A DNA stretch of 64,000 nt from Candidatus Dormiibacterota bacterium (lineage in GTDB: Bacteria > Vulcanimicrobiota > Vulcanimicrobiia > Vulcanimicrobiales > SCRA01), in NCBI GenBank assembly GCA_035533275.1, contig DATLUD010000034.1, forward strand, positions 28,067 to 92,066, written 5' to 3'. How positions within the stretch are numbered: position 1 is the stretch's first letter; each line of letters begins with the position of its first letter. A program made the position numbers and the translations under genes. The notes below the pieces were generated by a model, which was not told the DNA's origin, searched no databases, and worked only from the letters and a program-made list of their open reading frames with translations. Below are positions 45,082 through 54,598 of the stretch, in pieces.

Positions 45082-45687
45082 CTAGTAAATGTAGAACAGG
45101 AAGAACAGCGCCACCCAGATGACGTCGACGAAGTGCCAGTAGAGCGTCGCCGCCGTGAGACCGAAGTGCCTCGACGGCGAGTACTTGCCGGCGAGCGTCT
45201 GCGCGAGGGTCACGATGAGGTAGACGACGCCCACGAGCACGTGGAAGCCGTGCAGTCCCGTCAACGTGAAGAACGAGGCGCCGAACGTGCTGCCCGACCA
45301 CGTCGCCTTGATGTGCGTGTACTCGTACACCTGGCCGCCCAAGAACGCGGCGCCCAGAATGATCGTCGCGATCGTGAACCAGATGTAGCCGAAGAGCTTG
45401 TTCTCCTTCAGCCGGTGCATGGCGTAGTGCGCCGTGATGCCCGAGCCGAAAAGGACGATCGCATTGACCGCGCCGAGGTTGACGTCCGGGCGCTCCACGC
45501 CGATCGGGGGCCAGACCGGCGCCGCGTTTCTCAAGTAGAGATACGCGAAGATGTACGCCGTGAAGAAGATGGAGTCGGTGAACAGGAAGAGCAGGAAGCC
45601 GAGAAAACGGAGATCCCGCTGCTCGGCATACTCCTCGTCCGTCACCACTCCGTGCCCGTATGCCAGGGCCTCGCTGTGAACTGCCAT
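45082..45687 (-). CDS. ctaE: cytochrome c oxidase subunit III
   Basis: Has FFTLTGLHGFHVLVGV and YWHFVDVIWVALFFLFYIY. Confidence 0.9.
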   Translation of the reverse strand: MAVHSEALAYGHGVVTDEEYAEQRDLRFLGFLLFLFTDSIFFTAYIFAYLYLRNAAPVWPPIGVERPDVNLGAVNAIVLFGSGITAHYAMHRLKENKLFGYIWFTIATIILGAAFLGGQVYEYTHIKATWSGSTFGASFFTLTGLHGFHVLVGVVYLIVTLAQTLAGKYSPSRHFGLTAATLYWHFVDVIWVALFFLFYIY

Positions 45688-45707
45688 CGACGTGTCTTTC
45701 GCCTCTC

Positions 45708-47369
45708 CTAGTATGTCGGCGTCGTGGAAACTTGATTGTACGGCGCGCTATACGGCAACGGCTCACCGTAGCTGTACGGATGCGCGTAGACTTCCGGCAC
45801 TTCCCTGAAATTGTAGTAGGGCGGCGGCGACGGGATCATCCACTCCAGCGTGCGCGCTCCCCACGGGTTCGGGCCGGCAACCGGTCCGGAGCGCTTGCTC
45901 CAGAACATGTTGACGATGAGGAGCAGGAAGCTCACACCCAGGCAGAAGGCGGAGATGCTGATGAAGACGTTGAGGCCCTGGAAGGCGGGGTCGTAGTAGG
46001 CGACGCGCCGCGGCATGCCCAGCAAGCCCACGAAGTGCATCGGCAAGAACGTCGTGTTGAAGAGGATGAACGTGAGCCAGAAGTGCCACTTCCCGAGCGT
46101 CTCGCTCATCATCCGGCCGGTTACCTTCGGCCACCAGTAGTAGATGGCGCCGAGCGCCCCCATCACGGTGCCCCCGAAGAGCACGTAGTGGATGTGCGCC
46201 ACCAGGAAGTAGGTGGCATGCTCGTGCCAGTCCACCGGCACCGACGCGAGCATGACGCCCGTGATGCCTCCCAGCGTGAACGTGGAGAGGAAGCCCAGCG
46301 TGAAGAGCATCGGCGTGGTCAGCCGCATGCGCGAGCCGAAGAGCGTGGCCACCCACGAGAAGATCTTGACGCCCGTCGGCACGGCGATCAGCATCGTGAG
46401 GATCATGAAGGGCAGCGTGACCCACGGGCCCAGGCCCGAGGTGAACATGTGGTGCGCCCACACCATGAACGAGAGGAGTCCGATCGAGACGCTCGAGTAG
46501 GCGATCAGCTTGTACCCGAAGATCGGCTTGCGGGCGAACGTCGGGATGATCTCCGAAACGACGCCGAAGATCGGCAGGATCATGATGTAGACGGCCGGGT
46601 GCGAGTAGAACCAGAACATGTGCTGGAAGAGCACAACGGTGCCGCCGCGCGCCGGGTCGTAGAACGGAATGTTGAAGACGTGCGAGAGGAACAGCGAGCC
46701 GAGGGCGGATGCTAGCGCCGTCGTCGCGACCAGGGAGAGGAACGACGTCACGCCGGTCGCCCAGACGAAGAGCGGCATTCGCGTGAAGGTCATCCCCGGT
46801 GCGCGCATCTTGATGATGGTGGTGAGGAAGTTGAGGCCCGTCAACGTAGCGCCGATGCCCACCGTGAAGATGGCGACCGTCCAGAAGACGATGCCGACGC
46901 CGGCCTGCAGCGAGACGGGGGGATACTCCGTCCAGCCCGCGTTGGGGGCGCCGAAGGCAAGGCTCGAGAGCAGGATCAGAACCGCCGGCGGGAAGGTCCA
47001 GAAGCTGAACATGTTCAGCCACGGAAAGGCAACGTCTCGCGCCCCGATCTGCAGCGGCATCGCGAAGTTGCCGAAGCCGCCCGTGATCATGGGAATCGCC
47101 CCGAACCACACCATCAGCGTCCCGTGGAACGTGAACGCCTCGTCGAATTGCTGCGCCGTCAGGAACGTGTTGTGCGGCTGCAAGAGCTGGATGCGGATCG
47201 CCTCGGCGAAGAGCCCCGAGAGCAGCATCATGAGCCCCGCGGTGATGAAGTACTGGATCCCGATCACCTTGTGATCGATCGAAAAGACGTACTTCTTGAC
47301 GAAGGACTCCGGCGCCGGGTGGATGGGTGCCCCCGCGGGGCGCAGGATTTGGATGGTGTCGGTGGTCAT
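45708..47369 (-). CDS. ctaD: cytochrome c oxidase subunit I
   Basis: 553 aa. Has WFYSHPAVYIMILPIFG, MVWAHHMFT and VAHIHYVLFGG. Confidence 0.95.
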   Translation of the reverse strand: MTTDTIQILRPAGAPIHPAPESFVKKYVFSIDHKVIGIQYFITAGLMMLLSGLFAEAIRIQLLQPHNTFLTAQQFDEAFTFHGTLMVWFGAIPMITGGFGNFAMPLQIGARDVAFPWLNMFSFWTFPPAVLILLSSLAFGAPNAGWTEYPPVSLQAGVGIVFWTVAIFTVGIGATLTGLNFLTTIIKMRAPGMTFTRMPLFVWATGVTSFLSLVATTALASALGSLFLSHVFNIPFYDPARGGTVVLFQHMFWFYSHPAVYIMILPIFGVVSEIIPTFARKPIFGYKLIAYSSVSIGLLSFMVWAHHMFTSGLGPWVTLPFMILTMLIAVPTGVKIFSWVATLFGSRMRLTTPMLFTLGFLSTFTLGGITGVMLASVPVDWHEHATYFLVAHIHYVLFGGTVMGALGAIYYWWPKVTGRMMSETLGKWHFWLTFILFNTTFLPMHFVGLLGMPRRVAYYDPAFQGLNVFISISAFCLGVSFLLLIVNMFWSKRSGPVAGPNPWGARTLEWMIPSPPPYYNFREVPEVYAHPYSYGEPLPYSAPYNQVSTTPTY

Positions 47370-47395
47370 GTGTTCCTCGGACTCGCGCTGCGTTC

Positions 47396-48478
47396 TTACT
47401 TGCTCTGGCTCTTCAAGTAGGCCACGAGATCGGCGATGTCGCCGCTGGACAACCCGTTGGCCTGGGCGTTCGGCATCACGCCGATGTCACCCGAATATCC
47501 GGTCTGAAGGATGTGCGCAACGTTCGCGGGCGTCGCCGCCGCGCCGTCGACGAGCTTGGGATGCTGCGGGTCGTCGAAAATGTTCTGCAGACCCGGCCCG
47601 ACCTTCTTCTGGGCGAACGGCGCGATGTTGTGGCAGACCGAGCACTTTTGGGCGAAGATCTGCTTGCCCTTATCCGGATCGCCGGCCGCCAGGTTGGGCC
47701 CTTGCGCCTGCGCCGTCTGCTCCTTCTGCTGCATGCCTGCCAGCCACGCGTTGTAGTCCGCCTGCGAGACGACGTGGATCGTCGTCTGCATGTCGCCGTG
47801 GCCGACGCCGCAGTACTCCGTGCAGATCACCGGATAGACGCCGATCTTCTCCGGCGTGAAATGGAGCTGCTGCACCATGCCCGGAACCATGTCGAGCTTG
47901 ATGCGGAACTGCGGAACCCAGAACGAGTGGATGACGTCGGCGCTGGTGATGTTCAGGGTCACCGGCTTGTCCACCGGCACGTACGGGTTGCCGTAGAAGG
48001 ACTTCTTGAGGCCGGGATAGCGGAACTCGAAGCTCCACTGGTGACCGATCGACTCGAGGTTGAGCGCCCCGGGCTGCGGCTTGTAGAGAGCGAAGAGGCC
48101 GATGGCGCTCCAGATTCCCAGCACGACCATCAGGACCGTGGGGAGCACCGTCCACCAGATCTCCAGCGAGGTGACGCCGTGCAGCGGAATGCCCACCGCG
48201 TCGGCCGGCTCGCTCGCGCGGTGCTTGTAGCGGCGCGCGAAATAGATCACGTAGCCGTTGACGTACACGAAGATCGGCGCCGCGAAGAAGAGCATGAACT
48301 TGAAGATCGGGTCGATCGTGTGCGCCGTGTCCGACGCGGCGGCGAGCGTGTCGTTGATCGGCCAGATCACGACTAGCGCCATGAGTATGGCGCTGATGAC
48401 TCCCATGACGAGGGTGGCCGACCAGAACGACCGATCCAGGTGGCGGCGAAAATCGATATTACCGACTTGATGAGCCAA
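47396..48478 (-). CDS. ctaC: cytochrome c oxidase subunit II with fused cytochrome c domain (caa3-type)
   Basis: TTG start after CAGGAG. CuA motif is CTEYCGVGHGDM. The C-terminal heme-binding motif is CSVCHN. Confidence 0.9.
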   Translation of the reverse strand: MAHQVGNIDFRRHLDRSFWSATLVMGVISAILMALVVIWPINDTLAAASDTAHTIDPIFKFMLFFAAPIFVYVNGYVIYFARRYKHRASEPADAVGIPLHGVTSLEIWWTVLPTVLMVVLGIWSAIGLFALYKPQPGALNLESIGHQWSFEFRYPGLKKSFYGNPYVPVDKPVTLNITSADVIHSFWVPQFRIKLDMVPGMVQQLHFTPEKIGVYPVICTEYCGVGHGDMQTTIHVVSQADYNAWLAGMQQKEQTAQAQGPNLAAGDPDKGKQIFAQKCSVCHNIAPFAQKKVGPGLQNIFDDPQHPKLVDGAAATPANVAHILQTGYSGDIGVMPNAQANGLSSGDIADLVAYLKSQSK

Positions 48479-48568
48479 GTTTGTCGTACTCCTGAAGCGC
48501 CCCTGTGGATTAGCCGCAGAGCAAGCGATTCCTCGTCTCTTCCCAAGATCTTCTTCGATTCGGGCTCA

Positions 48569-48598
48569 GGACATCTGCGACATACGTCGCAGATGTCC
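48569..48598. terminator. perfect 13-bp inverted repeat GGACATCTGCGAC-atac-GTCGCAGATGTCC
   Basis: Lies 18 nt downstream of the stop at 48616 and 90 nt upstream of the ctaC start, both on the minus strand. No U-tract, so an operator role cannot be excluded. Confidence 0.5.
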
Positions 48599-48615
48599 CT
48601 GGCCGCGACGGCGCT

Positions 48616-49152
48616 TTACTCGCCGAGGGCCTTGAGCAAGGCCGGCAGCCCCCCGTCCCGGTAGATCTTGAGCAGGCGGCGGTGCTCCGCCGCGACGACG
48701 GGATTGGGCACGTCGGGAGCCTGCCAGTACGTGCCGTCGGCGAACGCGACGTCGGTGACGCGCGCGCGGACCGACCCCGCGATGGGGTAGGGCTCGTCGC
48801 CGCCCCAGTCCATGGTCACCGACTTCAGCGCCGGCAACGGGTCCTGCGAGACCCCGTTGAAGTATCCGAGCTGGCCGCCGAACGGGTCGTACACCTCGAA
48901 GCGGATGCGGACCGCGGTGATCTGATGGCGCCCCGTGTTGCGGTAGGCCGCGGTTACGTCTAAGTTACCGTCGCTGTCGCGCGTGGCCGTGACCGCGCCG
49001 AGCTCGACGGGAGCCCCGGGCACTTGCGTCACCGCGACCTTCAGAGGAACCGGGACCGAGCCGCCTTCTAGGAGGTTCACGGCCTCGGCGCGCACGGACG
49101 GAACGACCATCAAGGCGAGGGCGGCCACCACCAGGACAAATCTCTTGAACAT
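48616..49152 (-). CDS. secreted hypothetical protein
   Basis: Signal peptide is MFKRFVLVVAALALMVVPSVRA. 178 aa. Its start shares one nucleotide with the nanE stop (TGATG). Confidence 0.6.
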   Translation of the reverse strand: MFKRFVLVVAALALMVVPSVRAEAVNLLEGGSVPVPLKVAVTQVPGAPVELGAVTATRDSDGNLDVTAAYRNTGRHQITAVRIRFEVYDPFGGQLGYFNGVSQDPLPALKSVTMDWGGDEPYPIAGSVRARVTDVAFADGTYWQAPDVPNPVVAAEHRRLLKIYRDGGLPALLKALGE

Positions 49153-49877
49153 CAGCTCCTCCGACGCAGCCCGCGCTCATTCGCCCGCGCGAGCGCCTTG
49201 GCCTTGGCCTCGACCGCGGAGGCGAACGTCCGCGTCAAGGCATCGACGTTGGTGATGGCGGTACCGACCACGCACGCGTATGCACCGCGCCCCAGCGCCT
49301 CGGCGGCCTGCTCCGGAGCGGCGACGCCGCCCTCGCAGATCACGGGGCAGCGGGCAACCGCGGCGATCCGCGCCACGAGCTCGAGCGCGGGGAGTGGAGC
49401 TCCGAGCGTCTGCTCCGTGTAGCCGCAAAGCGTGGTCGCCAGCAGATCCGCCCCCAGCGCCTCGGCGGCCATCGCTTCCTCGAACGTCGCGCAGTCGGCC
49501 ATCACCGGGAGACCGAGCTCGCGGCGGACCGCGGGGATCAGATCCTCCAGATGCTCGCCGTCCGGGCGCGGACGCGCGGTGGCATCGAGCGCGATCACGT
49601 GCGCCCCGGCCGCGGCGACGGCGCGGGCGTCGGCCAGCGTCGGCGTGATGTAGACCTCGCTGCCGGGCGACCGGCGCTTGAGGAGACCGATCACGGGCAG
49701 CGCGCACCGCGCGCGCATGGCGCGCACGTTGGCCTCGCCCTGCGCCCGCAGCGCCACCGCGCCGGCGCGCTCCGCCGCGCGCCCCAGCGCGGCCAGGATC
49801 AGCGGATCGTCGAGCGGGCTCCCCTCCTCCGCTTGGACGCTCACGACGAGGCCGCGCGCGAACGGTGCCGCGCTCAT
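49152..49877 (-). CDS. nanE: N-acetylmannosamine-6-phosphate 2-epimerase-like
   Basis: Has GLVVSVQA, VIGLLKR, YITPT, VIALDAT, ADCATFEEA and TTLCGYT, colinear with the NanE family. Confidence 0.8.
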   Translation of the reverse strand: MSAAPFARGLVVSVQAEEGSPLDDPLILAALGRAAERAGAVALRAQGEANVRAMRARCALPVIGLLKRRSPGSEVYITPTLADARAVAAAGAHVIALDATARPRPDGEHLEDLIPAVRRELGLPVMADCATFEEAMAAEALGADLLATTLCGYTEQTLGAPLPALELVARIAAVARCPVICEGGVAAPEQAAEALGRGAYACVVGTAITNVDALTRTFASAVEAKAKALARANERGLRRRS

Positions 49878-50791
49878 CGCTGTGCGTCCGCGCCAGGCGA
49901 CTCGGCGCGCGCCAGCCAGAGCGCGCCCACCACGGGCTCGGCTTGAGGTTCGCGCATCTCGGCCCCGCGCAGGCTCAGCTCCCGCTGCATGGCCGCGCGC
50001 ACCAGCGCATCGGAGGCCATCCCGCCCACGGCCGCCACCAAGCCGGCGCGCATGTCCAGGCGATCGAGCGCCACGCCCGCCAGCTCCGCCAGCGCATGAC
50101 CCGCCTCCGCCACGAGGCCTTCCGCGGCCACGTCGCCGTCGCGCGCCATCGCCGTGACCAGCGGCGCGAACGAGGCCAACCGGTCGCGCGAGAGCGCTCG
50201 TCCGTAGAATGCCGCGGGGATCTCGGTCAGCGCGCCGACGCCGAAGTGGTGCCGCGCCGCATCGCCCAACGCGCTCTCGCGGCCGCGGTCGTGGACGTCG
50301 AGGGCGCGCCGGATCGCCTCGGCGGCAAGCCAGAAGGCCGAGCCCCGGTCCCCGAACAGATAGCCCCAGCCGCCGACGCGGACGTCGCGCCCCTCGCCGT
50401 TGCGCCCGTACGAGACGGAGCCCGTTCCGGCGATGACCACCACGCCAGGCGCGCCCGCGAAGGCCCCCATCCAGGCCGCTGGAGCGTCGTGCCCCACCGT
50501 CAGCCGCATCGCCCGCACGATCTCGCCGACGGCCGCCGTGCGGCGCGGCTCGACCTCTCCGGTGAGCGCCACGTGCACCGACTCCAGCAGCGTGGCCGAC
50601 GGAATGCCCGCGCTGCGCAGCGCGCCGCGCAGCGCATCGCCGACGGCGCGGCGCAGGCGCTCATGCGCGCCCGGCTCGTCGACGTGATTGGCGGGTCCGC
50701 CCTCGCCGCGCCCCAAGATGACGCCGCTGTCGTCGCCGATCACCGCCTGCGTCGCGGTCTGCCCGCCGTCGACGCCCGCGTAGAGCCTCAC
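49874..50791 (-). CDS. BadF/BadG/BcrA/BcrD-type ATPase (N-acetylglucosamine kinase-like)
   Basis: GTG start. Has GVDGGQTAT and VIAGTGSV ASKHA-type phosphate motifs. 305 aa. Confidence 0.8.
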   Translation of the reverse strand: MRLYAGVDGGQTATQAVIGDDSGVILGRGEGGPANHVDEPGAHERLRRAVGDALRGALRSAGIPSATLLESVHVALTGEVEPRRTAAVGEIVRAMRLTVGHDAPAAWMGAFAGAPGVVVIAGTGSVSYGRNGEGRDVRVGGWGYLFGDRGSAFWLAAEAIRRALDVHDRGRESALGDAARHHFGVGALTEIPAAFYGRALSRDRLASFAPLVTAMARDGDVAAEGLVAEAGHALAELAGVALDRLDMRAGLVAAVGGMASDALVRAAMQRELSLRGAEMREPQAEPVVGALWLARAESPGADAQR

Positions 50792-51117
50792 GGCGCGAGG
50801 GCCGCCCGCACGTCGGCGGGATCGACGGAGAGCGCGAAGCTGCGGCGGGCGTACGCGTCGGCGCGCGCCTCGCGCTCGCGCGCCGAGCCGGCGCGCGGCA
50901 CGCGGCCGAGGAACTCCAGATGGTGGTAGATCTCGTGCGCCACGCAGGCCGCCAGCACGCCCCCCGCGTCGCCTGGAGCGGCCAGCAAGCGCGCGCTCAC
51001 GCGGATGGCCCGGGCGCGCGGATCGTACTCCGCGGCGATCGAGCGCGCCGCGGCGCCGAACTCCTCGACGACCACACGCAGGCCCAGCGCGGCGGCGGCG
51101 CGCAACGGATCGCTCAC
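50788..51117 (-). CDS. small HExxH protein (ImmA/IrrE-like minimal metallopeptidase motif)
   Basis: GTG start at 51117 in a GTGA overlap, and the stop is in a GTGA overlap with the next gene. 109 aa containing IRVSARLL...CVAHEIYHHLEF. Confidence 0.55.
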   Translation of the reverse strand: MSDPLRAAAALGLRVVVEEFGAAARSIAAEYDPRARAIRVSARLLAAPGDAGGVLAACVAHEIYHHLEFLGRVPRAGSAREREARADAYARRSFALSVDPADVRAALAP

Positions 51118-52472
51118 CGCGCCGCCTCGACCCCGAGGTCGACGCCGTCCTCGAGCAGAGACGCCCGCAGACGTTCGGCGTCCAGCGCCCGCGGCTCCAC
51201 GCCCTCGCTCGCGCAGATCTGCGCGGCGGTCCCGGCGGCCTGGCCCAGCGTCATCACCGTCGGCGTCAAACGCGTCGAGGCCAGCGCCTCGTGGGTGGTG
51301 GAGATGCAGCGCCCGGCCACCAGCAAGCCGTCGACCCCGCGCGGCACCAGGCACCGATACGGGATCTCGTAGGTCTCGCCGGGCGGGAGGCGCTTGGTCT
51401 CCGTGCCCGCGCCGGAGGGATGGTGGATGTCGATCGGGTAGCCGCTGCGCGCCACCGCGTCGGGGAAGCGCCGCGCCGTCAGCAGGTCCTCCGCCGTCAG
51501 CACGTACTCGCCGACGATCCGCCGCGTCTCCCGCACGCCCAGCTGCACCGCCGTCGCCGCCAGCCGCGCGTTGCGGAAGCCGGGGACGCGGCGGCGGAAG
51601 AACGCCGCGATCTCCATCGCTTGGCGCCGCCCTTCGATCTCCGCGCGCGTGAGATCGTCGGGATCCAATGGGTCGACGTCGGTCACGCGCGTCATGTTGA
51701 CCGTCATCTCGTCGTCGTAGGGCGTCGCGAAGAGCGAGACCAGCTCGCGCGGCACGCTCACCTCGCCCGCGGCACGCGCCGCTTCCCACAGCTCGTAGAG
51801 ACCGGCTACCGCGGTGAGGTCGCCGCCGCGCAGGGCCGCGGCGTCGAGGTGCGTGCGGATCTGGCCGGGATGCGTGCGGAGGTAGGCCGCCAACTCCTCG
51901 CGGTCGACGTGCGAGAGGCGGAAGATCATGGTGCACGGCTGCACGCGGCCGCGCGCGTCGCCGCGCTGCATGGCCACGCCCGCCGAGGCTGCCAGGTGCG
52001 CGTCGGCCGTGGCGTCGACGGCGATCCGAGCGCGTGCCTCGCGGATTCCGCCCACCGTCGCGAAGCGCGCTCCGCGCACCCGCGCGCCGTCCGTCAGCGC
52101 ATCGAGCAGCCAGGCATGGAGCACGAGGCGCACCCCCGCCTCCGCCATCATCTCGAAGAGGACCCACTTGAGGACCTCGGGATCGAAGGGGGTGATCGTG
52201 GGGACGTAGCTCGAGGCGTCGGGCAGGTGCCCCGGCGAGGCGCCGCGCGCGCGCAGGCGATCGACGATCTCCTGCGCGATGCCGCCCACCACGCGGCGCT
52301 CGCCGGCGTGGAAGGTCATCCACGGCCCGACCATCGCCGCGGTGGCCGTGCCGCCGAGAAACCCGTAGCGCTCGACCAGCAGCACGTCGGCGCCGCGGCG
52401 CGCCGCCGCGAGCGCGGCGACGCAGCCGGCGTTGCCGCCGCCGATCACCAGCACGTCGGCTTCGTATGTCAT
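51114..52472 (-). CDS. FAD-dependent oxidoreductase
   Basis: N-terminal dinucleotide fold is DVLVIGGGNAGCVAALAAARRG. 452 aa. Has GRCIS near the C-terminus. Confidence 0.85.
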   Translation of the reverse strand: MTYEADVLVIGGGNAGCVAALAAARRGADVLLVERYGFLGGTATAAMVGPWMTFHAGERRVVGGIAQEIVDRLRARGASPGHLPDASSYVPTITPFDPEVLKWVLFEMMAEAGVRLVLHAWLLDALTDGARVRGARFATVGGIREARARIAVDATADAHLAASAGVAMQRGDARGRVQPCTMIFRLSHVDREELAAYLRTHPGQIRTHLDAAALRGGDLTAVAGLYELWEAARAAGEVSVPRELVSLFATPYDDEMTVNMTRVTDVDPLDPDDLTRAEIEGRRQAMEIAAFFRRRVPGFRNARLAATAVQLGVRETRRIVGEYVLTAEDLLTARRFPDAVARSGYPIDIHHPSGAGTETKRLPPGETYEIPYRCLVPRGVDGLLVAGRCISTTHEALASTRLTPTVMTLGQAAGTAAQICASEGVEPRALDAERLRASLLEDGVDLGVEAAR

Positions 52473-54598
52473 GCGCGTTGCCGGGAGAGCACGATCCCGA
52501 CCGGCTCGTCGTGGGGCATGCTCCGCAGTTCTTCGCGGGCAAGGGCTACCGCCTGCGCCGCCGCGGCCACGTCGCCCACCTCCACCACGCGCGTGCCGAG
52601 CAGGAGCGCGCAGCGCGGCAGGGCCCGCCCCACGTCGCCGAACGTGGTCCAGCGCTCCAGGGCCCGCTCGAGCTCGGGCACGACCTCACCGGCGGCCAAC
52701 GCCCGCGCCCAGGCATCGCGCCGGCGCAGGCGGACCACGCCGGTCTCGTCGACGGCGGCCAGGCGCCGCTCCGGCGAGAGGTAGGCCACGAACCGCGGCG
52801 TGCGCGCCGCCTCGCGCAGGGCCTCCGGATCGCACGCCAAGGCGCGCGCCGCCTCGGCGCGCTTGTCCGGTTCTCCGGCGGGCCGCCGCCGGGCCGCGCC
52901 GCCGAGCGCCGTGGCGCCGGTGGCCACGGCGCGCACGCGATTGCGCCGAGCGTCGACCTCGACCGCCACCTGCACCCCCGCCGGATCGGCTCCCGAGCGA
53001 ACGGCGGCCGCCTCCGCCTCCGCGCGCACGCGCACCACGTCGTCCGGGGACGGGTCCACCACCGTGCGCTCCACCACGTCGCGCACCAGGGCGAGCGCCA
53101 CACCGATGGGCGAGATCACCTCCGCGTCGCGCGCGAGCCGCCAACGGTAGCCCAAGCGCTCCGCGGCATACGGAATCAACGCCCCCGCTCCGCCGCCGCC
53201 GCCGACGATGGTCACCGGCGGCGTCAGCTCATAGGCGCGGCGCAGCGCCGCGAGCACCTCGCCCAATCGCTCGGCGGCGAGGTCGAGGATGCGGCGGGCC
53301 AGCGCATCGGCGTCCGTGCGCAGGGCCCGCGCCGCGCAGGCGAAGGCGGCGCGCGCCGCGGCGGGATCGGGAGCGCGCGCGAAGGCGCCCTCCGGCACCG
53401 CGCCCAGGGCGTTGGCGGCGCACGTCGGCGTCAGCGCGTAGCGCCCGCCGTCGCTTCCGTCCAGCACCAGGTAGGGATCGCCGGACGTCGTGAGCACCGC
53501 CTGCTCGAACGTCTCGGGCGCGGCGAAGCTTGCGTAGCGCAAGCCCGCGATGTGGGCGCTGCGCGGACCCAGCTCCACCACCGCGCCGTCGCGCAGGCGC
53601 GCGAGGCTGCCGCCGGCCAGCCCCAGCGTGCGCACGTCCAGCGCCTCCACGGTGGTGCGCGCCCCGCCCAGCGTCGCCGCGCGCGTCTGCGGCCGGCCGT
53701 CGACGATGGCGCTGCAGTCCGAGCTGGTGCCGCCCACCTCCACGAAGATGCCCTCGGAGAGCCGCTCGTGGAAGAGGGCCCCCGCCACGCCCGCGGCGGG
53801 ACCCGAGAGCATGGTCGCCACGGGCCGGCGCTCCATCTCGGCGGCGTCCATCACGCCGCCGTCGCTGCGCATGATCATCAGCGGCGCCGGGATGCCGGCG
53901 CTGCGCGCGGCCCCCGCCGTCATCCGCGCGGTGCGCACCATGGTGGGCAGCACCGCGGCGTTGACCACCGCGGTGCGGGTACGCACCCGCAGGCCGTAGA
54001 GCGTGCTGATCTCATGCGTGGCCGTGGCGAAGCCCACGCGCTCGCGCGCGACGGCGGCCACGTGCGCCTCGCGCGCCGGGCGATCGACGGAGAAGGCATC
54101 CGCGGCGACGACGGCCTCGGCCCCCGCCGCGCGCAGCGCGTCGAGCGCCTCGCCGAGCCGCTCCGGCCGGCGCGTCGAGAACCAACCGTACAACGGCCGG
54201 ATCTCCACACCGGCCGACAGGTGCCACGGCGGCACGCGCGCCGCGGCGCGCGCGAGCGCGCCCTCGAGCCCCGCCCCGAAAACCAGGATGCCCACGCGCG
54301 CGAGGTCACCCTCGAGCAGGGCGTTGGTCGCCTGCGTCGTGGAGTGCGCCAGAAAGACGACGTCGTCCGCGGCGAGACCCCACGCCTGCATGGCGGCCTC
54401 GAGCGCATCGACGATGCCGCGGGCCACGCCTTCCGGCGCGCGGTGTGTCGTCGGAACCTTCAGCGAGCCGATCAGCGCGCCGCTCTCCGCATCGAGCGCG
54501 ACGACGTCCGTGAACGTGCCGCCGACGTCGATGCCGATGCGAACCCTCACGCGAGGCCGTTGGGAATCGCCCGCGTTGGCCGGCTCTTGGACTCGCAT
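52469..54598 (-). CDS. hydantoinase/oxoprolinase A-family (HyuA-like) ATPase
   Basis: Start at MRVQEP, with a GGGAGGAG RBS. Has IGIDVGGTFTDVV and MLSGPAAGVAGA. 709 aa. Confidence 0.85.
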   Translation of the reverse strand: MRVQEPANAGDSQRPRVRVRIGIDVGGTFTDVVALDAESGALIGSLKVPTTHRAPEGVARGIVDALEAAMQAWGLAADDVVFLAHSTTQATNALLEGDLARVGILVFGAGLEGALARAAARVPPWHLSAGVEIRPLYGWFSTRRPERLGEALDALRAAGAEAVVAADAFSVDRPAREAHVAAVARERVGFATATHEISTLYGLRVRTRTAVVNAAVLPTMVRTARMTAGAARSAGIPAPLMIMRSDGGVMDAAEMERRPVATMLSGPAAGVAGALFHERLSEGIFVEVGGTSSDCSAIVDGRPQTRAATLGGARTTVEALDVRTLGLAGGSLARLRDGAVVELGPRSAHIAGLRYASFAAPETFEQAVLTTSGDPYLVLDGSDGGRYALTPTCAANALGAVPEGAFARAPDPAAARAAFACAARALRTDADALARRILDLAAERLGEVLAALRRAYELTPPVTIVGGGGGAGALIPYAAERLGYRWRLARDAEVISPIGVALALVRDVVERTVVDPSPDDVVRVRAEAEAAAVRSGADPAGVQVAVEVDARRNRVRAVATGATALGGAARRRPAGEPDKRAEAARALACDPEALREAARTPRFVAYLSPERRLAAVDETGVVRLRRRDAWARALAAGEVVPELERALERWTTFGDVGRALPRCALLLGTRVVEVGDVAAAAQAVALAREELRSMPHDEPVGIVLSRQRA

